From Epithemia pelagica (lineage: Eukaryota; Protista; Bacillariophyta): 64,000 nucleotides of DNA. A model generated the notes under the pieces. The model saw only the letters and a list, made by a program, of their open reading frames with translations, made no database searches and was not told the DNA's origin. The DNA lies in assembly GCA_946965045.2 (NCBI GenBank), contig OX337228.1:3534001-3598000 (forward strand), given 5' to 3'. A program made the translations under genes and the position numbers. Every line of letters starts with the position of its first letter. The first letter of the stretch is position 1. Below, piece by piece: positions 29,601 to 39,400 of this stretch.

Positions 29601-32442
29601 GAATCTGGGTAAATGCTCATATCATTTCATGAAATACACTTTCACTGTGGATGGGCTACCGCAACTACAGTCGGGAAAATTCGGTCCTACTGTCACTACT
29701 CAACTACATGACCAAGAACACGCCACGGCTGAACTGAAACAACTTTCCAATTTCGCCAGTCACAAGACTCTTGGCGTTCATAAGTCGCCATATTCAACCG
29801 ATAAGGGACAGTAAGCTGCACTGCAGAAGAAAAACAACACTCATTGTCACATCATGACGAAGAGCCCATTTACTCGGCAAGATGCTTGGTCTTATTATCA
29901 TGCAATCTACCTACCTAGCATGACGTATCCATTTCCATCATCTACCCTCTCCTCCCACCACTGCACACTACTACAACGAAAATTCAAGACAACTTTTCTA
30001 CCGAAGTATGGATTCAATCGATCAACACCAAATGCTGTGATTTATGGCCCCTCTCACCTTGGAGGTCTCGAACTGCGACAATTGGCGTTCGAACGAGGAA
30101 TTAGTCAAGTATATATCCTTTTGGCAGCTTTACGATCCAGTGGCGTTGCACAGGAATTGGCTCTTATCGCCATTTCATGGGGACAGTTTCTTTCAGGAGT
30201 CAACTATCCTATTCTATCTAATCCCCGTCCAGCTCTGCCTCATTTGGATCCTATGGTGTGGATATCTCAGGTTCGGGACTTTCTTGGTAGTTTGGACTGT
30301 CATATCGAACTCAGTCAAACATTCCTCCCAGAATTGCAACGAGAGAACGATCTCTTTTTGATGGAACACGCTTTGACACAACAATATGGAGAGAACCAGC
30401 TTCGGTTGTTGAACGCATGCCGAATTTTCTTAGGGGTGACACTTCTTAGCGATATTGTCTCAGCTGATGGACTATCACTACGGGAAAGCGCGATTCAACA
30501 CGTCCCTGATTCTATGTCGGCATTTCGAGGTCATATTCCCTACCAATCCTATCCAAGCACAGCTACTTGGAACGTCTGGGCTGACTCTCTTCTGTCCTTA
30601 ACCGATCACACTTCATCTCGTCTTACCCGGCCGCTTGGTCCTTGGAAAAAGTTGGGAGCATCTACCTATCGACAGTGGTACGAGTACCTCGACCAAGATA
30701 CGAATGTACTGTATGTATTTGACAACGGCCTTTACAGACATCATATTTCCTTTTACTCGCGTTATGTTCCTACGGACCATGTCAGCGCCAATCCAACTCC
30801 CATTGCTGTTCCTGTGTCAACAAAACTCGACGGGTACTACAGAATTTTGCTCCCGTATTGTGGAAGTTCTACTGATCCGGCTCCTCCGATCCCGACAACC
30901 CTCGATACTCTCATTGCCAGCTTGCCGTTATGGGAGAAGACACTGCTAAACACTGTGACCCTGATTTGTCCTATCGATGACCTTGTGGCATTCTTTTCTA
31001 CCGATGACATTTCTTTCACGTTCTGCAGCGACGGCTCTGCTGCTGGATTCCTCGGTAAATTTGGCTGTGTCGGAAGTAGCCCTGACGGAACTCGACTTTT
31101 TCAAATACAAGGTCCAGCACCTGGTTTTTGAACTACATCATTTCGTGCTGAGAGTTACGGAATGCTAGCGCTGCTTCGTTTTGTCTTCCGGTTATGCGAA
31201 TTTGCGAGTTGCTCGTTGCCGTCTTGTCTCACATGTTACACTGACTCTAAAAGTTTGATTGACACCATTTACAAACGCTTGGAATGGACAACAGAATTTC
31301 CATACTCAACAATGGACTCAGATTGGGACCTACAACAGGCTATCACGTCGACCATAAGAAAATTCACTTCTCCACCAATCTTTCTTCATGTCAAAGGGCA
31401 CCAAGATTCTACCGGACAAATTTCACTCCCTCTTCCGGCTCTGCTCAATATCGAAGCCGACACACTTGCTGGTTCTTTTCAATATCCTCCGTCCTGTTCT
31501 CCTACTACTGCTCCTTTAGTCGAAGGTTCTACCGCACAACTCCACAGTCCACAAGGAACTATCCACTCCAACTACCGACAAGTTCTACGTCGCCTATGTT
31601 CTACACCAGCGTTACAGCGTTACCTACTAAACAAGTATGAATGGACTCCTGAAACGTTTCAAAAAGTTGACTGGATATGTCATGGGATTGCTGTTTGCGC
31701 AAATTACCGCCGTCGACATTTCTTGATCAAGTTTCTACATGACTGGTTACCGCTTGGGAGATTAAAGTCTCGCTACGCCCAGTATTATACTGATCACCAA
31801 TGTCCGTCGTGCCCCACTCCTTGTGAAGAGACTCCGGCTCATTTTCTCCGCTGTCCTAATCGATCATGGTCAGGTGCCATATTTGATTCTCTCAAGTCTT
31901 TTTGGTCTGAACACTCTATTCCCGTCCATCTTACCGATCTTCTTCTTACCCTCTTGCATCATAGTCTTTCCTCTACCGCACCCCCATCATTATCCCCGAC
32001 CTCTTCTCTTTATCCGCTATATCAAGAACAGCGTTTGATTGGCTTTGATCAGCTTCTATATGGCCGCTTTTCATGCCAATGGTCCAAATTCCAAAACTCT
32101 TTCTCCTCCTCGCCTGACTTTTCTACTACTCTCTCTGGTCAGACCTTCGTCACGAAAACCATTAATATCATTTACGAACACGCACACAGGCTATGGAAGT
32201 TGCGCAACGAGTGTACACACGGCTCATCTGCCTCAACACGTGAAGCCGCCACCCTCGCTCAAGCAACTCGGGAACTTCAACACCTCTATGATCTCCGCGT
32301 CCGCATACCTCCACACAACCAGATCTTCTACTACGACTCTATCGATCATCACCTCACCATTGACACCACCTCTACTTCTATCCGCACCTGGATCCATACT
32401 TGGCGTCCAGTGATCCTCCACTCTTTTGACTCACTCACATGA
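26680..32442 (+). pseudogene. LINE ORF2: APE endonuclease - reverse transcriptase - RNase H - CCHC knuckle (about 1920 codons) with three in-frame stops
   Basis: The four ORF-track segments share one frame, with stops TAG 27400, TAA 29812 and TGA 31129. APE: QNTNG, FETN, GDFNE, RIDY, SDHR. RT: DYDAAACYD, GSGQG, FVDD. RH: SDGS, RAESYG, TDSKS, HVKGHQD, NIEAD. Knuckle: CPSC..EETPAHFLRC. Confidence 0.92.
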
Positions 32443-33543
32443 ATTACTTATATTGGCACTACTGTTAGTCTGCGCCTTGGGTAGCTACCAAGGCCCAGCG
32501 CGTCGGTCGGCGATACCCTAGCGGGTACGTGCGGCAGCGTTAAAATAGACTGTGTGTTTTTTTTTTCACCCCCACGGTGCGAGGGTCCAAAATTGGCAAT
32601 TTCTCGACTTTGCCACAAACCACAAAAACACACCACACATTCACCACGGAGCCAATCTTGAGAGCGTCATAACATCACCCATGAACGTTCAATCCTTCAC
32701 CCAAGATGACCAACATGTCTCCCTTACCCCACCGGACCATCGTGAACCTGCGGTTGCCTCCGAAACCCGCCGCAACGAGTCTCTCCATGGTCTGGATACC
32801 ACCACCAAGAACAACCACACCAACGAGACAGATGACCATCCTTTCCATCCATCCATGCAAGCTCTCCTTTTGATCCAACCATCCGCAAGCCTCCCTTGCA
32901 CCTCCACAGACCAAATGGAAGCTTCGCATTCGCTCGAAACCACAATCAACCAGGCTTTTTCCGATTACAACGGCAAGACGACTCGTGCTTGGGGATTGTC
33001 TATTTGTTTGCTTATCACCATCTATGTCATAAACTATGGTTGATTGTTGTCTTGTTGTCTTCGTCTTTGGGGAAGCTAGATGCAACAAACGAGAGGTGAT
33101 TGCTGTGTGATCTTGGTGCTTCGTATCTTTGAGCTTTATTTGTGTCTTATCATTGTTGTGTGTGGAGAGCAAAGACCCCAATGTTGTTGTTGTTGTCGAG
33201 TGCTGAGGGCCTTGTTTTCCATGGGATAAAGATAGGCCGATGCAATCAATGAAGGAAGGAGAGAAAGGAAGAGGGGGAACATCGTCGATGCCTGATAGAA
33301 AGGAATAATGGGTGAGAAGAAGGTTGTTTTGGGCGATGCTTCTGTTGCTGCCTACCATGGACCTTGGTAAGCCAATGTCAACCTTTCCGCACCACCATCG
33401 AGTCATACAGTCCACATGCGCCTTGTTTTGGATGATGGTGGCCTTTGGGCAGTGACGATGGGCCATGGACGATCGCATCACCTCCAGTGCCGTGGTGAAT
33501 GCGCGGAGTGGTTGCGAGGTTTGTGTCAAAGGGACGCGCCGTG

Positions 33544-33662
33544 GGGGTGAGAAAGAGTTTGCACACCAGAATCGAATCACTAAAACCTCATGACTTACCC
33601 CCCAGGGGTGAGAAAGAGTTTGCACACCAGAATCGAATCACTAAACCTCATGACTCACCCCC
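33544..33662. repeat. About 60-bp tandem duplication inside the right TIR, each unit bounded by GGGGTGA...T(C/T)ACCCC
   Basis: GGGGTGAGAAAGAGTTTGCACACCAGAATCGAATCACTAAA(A)CCTCATGACT occurs at 33544 and 33605. Confidence 0.9.
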
Positions 33663-34467
33663 GCTGGGGAGTAAGCGGCCGTACCGCAGAGCAGGTTGGG
33701 TTGGTGGTGAGAAGGGAAGAATTTTTCGAGAAAGAATGTATTATATTTTCACGTTCGCTTCGGAGACGATTTTGTATTGTAATATTATGGGTACAGTATG
33801 CACTTGGTCTTGGTCTCTAGGTTGTAGGGCTTCGCCGGCCGACCCTCCACTGTTCGTCGCATTTTTTGAAGTGCTGAACTCGTCTGATTTGCATCTATCG
33901 ACGATGGTGATTGGTGATACCGCGGGATGTAGTTCTCCAATCGCGAACACTTTGCACAGCTGTATTCAGATGATAGTCGTCCATAATATCCTCGAAAGTG
34001 TTCGCGATTGCACTGTTTTTGCCATCTTCCGCTCAAGTAGTAGCCTCCAACAACTCCGATCATGATCATCGCTGTCGGCTTTCGACACTGTCGGATTTGT
34101 GCTATCTCATGAGAATCGAAATACTCCTACTCCTACGTAGCTCTCTCTAGTAGAAGACAACAGAAGACGATGATCGATGATCCAGATCATGAGTATGTGC
34201 TTAGATTTTAATGCGATAGCCTCTTCATACTACCTAGTAGACTAGCGATTGATATGCACTGCATCGTGCGCCATAGGGATTGCGTTGTCCCAACGTTGTT
34301 GTGTGTGCTTCCACAATGCCATACACCAATGGATGGGTCATCGGTGGTGGGTATGGACATGTTGTGTGTTGTGCCTGATAATGGGGATGACTGTGAGTGA
34401 GTGGATTTCAAAATCTAAAGTCGTCCAGGCAGAAGAGGTGGAGTGTTGTCATCCCTGAACGGTCAGC

Positions 34468-35047
34468 ACGGTCAACATGGACTGTGGAGAAGGAGTGGTT
34501 CGACCCACACTGCGTAGCCCACACCAAACCAGTCAAAATCATCCACGACATAAATCGAGTTGCGTTGGCCAACAATGTCGTGGCTTGATAAAACTCGAGG
34601 CGTTTCGGATCCAATAAGGATGCCGCATTGTTGACCACAGGACGCGTCGTCACGTGAGGCGACACCAACAAGCGAGCTCGTTCCTTGACTCGTTCTAGGT
34701 AGTAGGGCGCGAGTCAGGGGAGTGTGTTGCATAGGTTTGCCAACGACTTCGAATCTCCGCTCCACAGATTTGGAAATGTACTGGGGCCCAAACATGGCAT
34801 AGAAATCCTCCACGAAATCACATGACAGTGCATTGTGCATCGGAAAAGCACAATGGAGGCGACAGCAGTGGTTGGTGAGAGGATGATTTTGATCCGCCCG
34901 TAGTGTTCGAGTTTGCATCCGCGGCGGCCAAAGGATTCCATCGCAGTTCGCAGTACAGGGCAAAAATAAAAACCGGTACGATTTCCCTTTGTATCGAGGA
35001 ATTACTAGGAACGGTCGACATGGACTGTGGAGAAGGAGTGCTTCGAC
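34468..35047. repeat. 37-bp dispersed direct repeat pair
   Basis: 34468-34504 and 35011-35047 match at 35 of 37 positions (ACGGTC(A/G)ACATGGACTGTGGAGAAGGAGTG(G/C)TTCGAC). Confidence 0.85.
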
Positions 35048-36462
35048 TGGGTTTGTCTCAATTGTTGTGGTTGTTGTTGTATTCTGGCTTGTTGTCTCCA
35101 GGGCAGTCGTCCTGGAAAAAAAGGGATGAGAGTTCGACACAGATACTAATGCAAAGAATAAACCATAGAATGTAGGCTTACCAGTGCTCTACACTAGCCA
35201 AAACAGCCTCTGTTTCCTCGTTTGTTTGTTGATTGTTGTTTGCCATCGTGCCAAACAGAGCTGTTTTTGAGTGGTAAGCTATCTAAAGCTGTATTTCCCC
35301 ACTACACCAGCACTCCATATCGCTTTGATTACAAATGAAGAAGTACCAGGTTGTGAGAAAGTGAAATAGACAAATAACAATGTAAACGGAGCAGCACAAG
35401 CAAAATGGCAAAAAAACACATAGCATCTCCGATGAATGACTTCATCTCTACCAATCCTTCAATTTTTCGCACGAAACTCACACATCGTATTGATGGCTTA
35501 CTTGTTTCGACACTCAAGAGGCTTCGACCTCTATCAGAGTCTTGATCTGATGAACGGCGGCATCAAAAACAGAGCGTCATGGTGCGGTGGTGATTTTCCA
35601 ATTTATAACTTTAACCCTAGTGAAAAATAAAACGTGCAATGACCAGCCCTTAATAGGTTACGATTACGAGTATGATGCTTCGAGAGAAGTGAAAAATACT
35701 AACTATATACCTAGCTATGCAGGTAGTTCGTCTCACATTTTTATTTTACAGTAGAATTTTATTGTAGAGCCGGGAAGTAGTGATCGTGCGAATCGCGCGA
35801 CATCATGGAAGGAACATTATGTCCCTGCGACATCCCATCTCATAATAAAACCGGGCGGTAGTCACTACCTACATATCTAGATATAAAGTAAGCAGATTAC
35901 TCCCCTGTGATTTCTCATTCCTTCCTCGTCGGGCGCCCGGCTTGTCGGTAGAATGACTCGACGGGCATATGTCTTGTCGGGCATGCGCCCTCCTCGAACA
36001 TACGCCCTTCTCGTCATTCTACCCTCCGCGCCGGGCAACCCTCCTCTAAAGGAATGAATCACCGTGAAGTGGTCTTACTACTAAAGTACAAAATCGGGGT
36101 TTACTGTACCCCCAAACGAACGTGTTTTTGTTGTGCGATTTAGGTGCCACTTCTGGTCGCGTTAAATATACATTTTTATGGATAAGCCGGCCTCCAAAAT
36201 GAAAAGATGAGGCGTGCTCCGGCTCTGCCATCCATACAATGCACCAGCCCCACTACCCAGAGCCCAGAGCTACTTCCAAGACGTCCTTGGAAGAGTTGGT
36301 CTTGTTGTGGTGCAACTCCTCCGTGGAGTAATTATTCATCCTTTGCTCCTCATAGCCCATCGTGCTATTTCTTGTGTGCGTCGTTCCTCTTCTCGGTCTC
36401 TCGCACCCAAGGTCAAGATCTGACTTTCCCTACTTCCCTTAAGAGCAACGCAGCGCGAACAT

Positions 36463-39400
36463 ATGTCCCGCGAAGAGATCGCTTTGGATGAGGAGCAGAA
36501 AACAGTGTATGATGCAGCCTTTGAATTTTTACAAGATGCTGACCATGGAGCATTTCGAGCTCCGATCCCCTCGCTTGTCTCATTGGATGCCAGTGTGGCG
36601 AATGAAAATGAAACGACCGATTACCCTGTGACGCTTATCACGCCTACCAAAGGGCACCATGCCTTATCTCGTGCAGTGGAGGAACTAGAGGGTTTGGAGA
36701 AGGAAGAGCAAATGTTAAAAGAGCGATCTCCAATTGCCCGCCAGTTGACAGAACTTATCACAACGCAAAAATACAGAAACAGTAAAGAAGCGATAGAGAG
36801 CTTGCAGGAAGCGGGAAAGGTGGTTCCGCGGAGCGTCTGCCAGCATCCCTTCAAGAAGAACGACATAGTTTGGGTTTGCCGAACATGCCAAGCTGATGAA
36901 ACATGTGTTCTTTGTCATCGTTGTTTTAGCCAGTCCAACCACGAGGGGCACGATGTTGCGTTCTATCACGCCCAAGCTGGTGGATGCTGTGATTGCGGTG
37001 ATCCTGACGGTATGTTTCTTGTTCTCGTGTTCTAATTACCGCAAATCATGAAGTTTTCTTATTGTGGGTTTCTCTCTTGTGTTCAGCTTGGGATCCGGCT
37101 GGTTTCTGCCCATGTCACGGACCTAACGTTCGAGTTGGCGCCTCACAATGCAACAAAGTTCTACCGGAGGGATCAGTACATCGAGTTCGTGGTGTAGTTC
37201 CTGCCGCAATAGATTGGCTTGTTCAAGTGATTGCGAAAAATGCTGGATCTGCCCATGACCGTGTCCATTTTCGTTCTCAGAAAAAATCTGCTGCTCAAAA
37301 CGAGAAAACTCCTCGTGAAACGGAAGGTCAAACCGAGTTGATGGACATTGATGTGGAAGATGATTCGGATGATTCAGACGAAGATCAGTACGCCGGATCT
37401 GACGCCTCTATGGCTTCTCCCCAAAACCGTAGTAGATCTATGCAAGTGACAAGACCCCACGTTTTTTCTCCTCAAGCAGCTTCTTCGGCGGCAGTGTATC
37501 GGGCGAGTAAGATGGCTCGCTTGCAGGAAGAACGCGCAAAAGATCTGGGACTGACGGGATGCGCCGGTCATGGATGGTATATTGTGCTTCATGCTGACGA
37601 TATCCGTTCATCCACTAGTGTTGCCGATGCAATTCGAGAGTTTCTCGGAACATCGAACTACTATACGGATTCTCTGTTGACGAGACTAATAAGAGCGCTT
37701 CGTCAATACGGCCAGCTTGTTATATGGGGAAATCTCGAAACTCTATGTCACATGGGTGCCACACAATTTCATCTTTGGATGGACCACGATGAGGTTGCTT
37801 CTTCGAAGATTGGTGCTCTTATGGTGGAAAAGTGCAGTTACCTGTTAAAGCATGGACTGTATTGCGGAATGCTTACTCGTGATGAACTCCTATTGGAACA
37901 ACGAGCTGTTGCATTGTTACAGTGGCTATCCGATGTCGCAAGAAGCTGTGAGCCTTTATGTCAAGCGGTTGCAGAGTGCATCCTTCCCAATCGCCATCTG
38001 GTACCTTTGCTGCGTGCTGATTTTAAAATGAGCGCTCGAGTGACCAAGGCATGGTACTCGCTTCTATTGACGCTCCTGGCTGTACCCACCTTCAAATCTC
38101 ATCTCGCGGCTGCCTATTGTGATACCTACCGATACGTCACTTCGAAGTATGCACGAGGCCTGGGTGTAATGGAGCGCAGTGGATACACGCTGTCCGTACA
38201 GTTCCTCAACAGGGTTACGTACGTGGTGGACCTTGTTAAGAGAAGAGATCTTCTTGGAAAGTTGGGAAAGTCTTTGCTTGAGACAATGCTGGTTGCCTGT
38301 CGTTCGAAACCTCTCAATAGCCGCCTTGACCCCAACCATTATGTTTTGACTCACCGGCGATATTCTCCGTGCATCTCAGACCTCAAATGCGTACTCAATG
38401 TGAAAGGGATGCCAAGGCTTTTTGCAGCAAAGGGTGGAACATTTCTCTGGGACTGGATTGATACTCTTAGCATATCACAGCAGATGGATCCACAGCATTG
38501 GCGTACTTGGTTCCAAGGACATGTGGAAGATGAGTCACGTGGATGGGTTGGTGCCTTCAACGCTAGCATCTCTCTAGGGAGTTTATTTGAACGTCTCCTA
38601 GGGTGGAATGATGACGAGACATCTCCAATTGATGATCCCAACTCGCCACTTTCGAAGGATCTTATGTGTTGTAGCGAACTATCATACCATATCCTGTTGG
38701 ATGGTGTCTGCGCCTGGCAGAAGAAGGAAATGCTCCTGTACGAATCCACGCCCTCTGGAGTTGAACCATACAAGATGGCTGCTGCGAGTTTGCCGTTTTC
38801 TACGGTAGCTGCCTGTCGTGGAACTGCCGTTGCCATGCGTCAATTACCAGTTTCTCAGAACACATCGTTTAGCTTTCATCTCCCTTTGCACCGATTTGTG
38901 GCTGGCTGCCTAAGAGAACTTTGTCTTCGTCAAGATGATGAATCGAATGGTGTCTCGAATTTGTTGAAAAGACTGAGAGCAGGGCTTTCTGAAACAGATT
39001 ATGACCAACTTTTCCTCGGCTTAATGGAATTTCCCCTTCTCACTATATGTCGGGCAGCTCAGGTACGCGCCGGATTATGGAGGCGAAACGGCGCTGGCCT
39101 AAGTGATCAGGTTCTGAATTACTCCGAGCCCCCTTTTTGCCGGACGATGAGAGATGCCGACCTTCTTCTGGTGCAGTTTGCTGTTTTCGGTAAAACGCCG
39201 GATGGTGACTCATCTGTTGTCGGGATGTCATTCTTTGTGAACCTGATGCTTCATCGACTGGGAATATTCGAATTCTGCGGGCTGCGGAAAGCTCCGGACG
39301 AAGAAATACAGCGGTACATCGAAGAAAGCAGACGTGGACTTTTCCCTGCCGAGCCACGAGCCACGGAAGCAACTGCGAACGATGTGGTTCTACCGTCGTC

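Larger units (their letters stand above)
10479..32566 (+). mobile_element. Ambal-like non-LTR retrotransposon (ORF1 plus APE-RT-RNaseH ORF2), carrying two nested copia insertions
   Basis: Flanked by a 20-bp direct repeat TTCACCCCCACGG(C/T)GCGAGG at 10459-10478 and 32565-32584. ORF1 fragments rejoin in frame once both copia elements are removed. ORF2 has the domain order typical of diatom Ambal/L1-related elements. Confidence 0.8.
10386..33681. mobile_element. Non-autonomous long-TIR DNA transposon (about 1.2 kb before insertions; Mutator-like is a guess), interrupted in its left TIR by the LINE
   Basis: 10386-10478 plus 32585-32649 align as an imperfect inverted repeat of 33490-33681. Examples: GTGCAAAGTCTTATTCACCCCCACGGCGCG vs reverse complement GTGCAAACTCTTTCTCACCCCCACGGCGCG, and TTTGCCACAAACC..CATTCACCACGG vs TTTGACACAAACC..CATTCACCACGG. 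A 12-bp direct repeat TAAGCGGCCGTA occurs at 10382 and 33672. Confidence 0.65.

Noticed and set aside
26680-32442. Alternative genetic code explaining the in-frame stops
   Set aside because: All three stop types occur once each, and host genes terminate normally with them.
32675-33625. 316-aa ORF inside the TIR element as a transposase or captured gene
   Set aside because: No recognisable motif; it runs through TIR repeats and low-complexity tracts.
33544-33662. CRISPR-like repeat-spacer array
   Set aside because: Only two adjacent units with no unique spacers, in a eukaryotic context with no cas genes.
36463-37086. UBR gene split or pseudogenised
   Set aside because: A canonical 77-bp GT-AG intron restores the UBR box.
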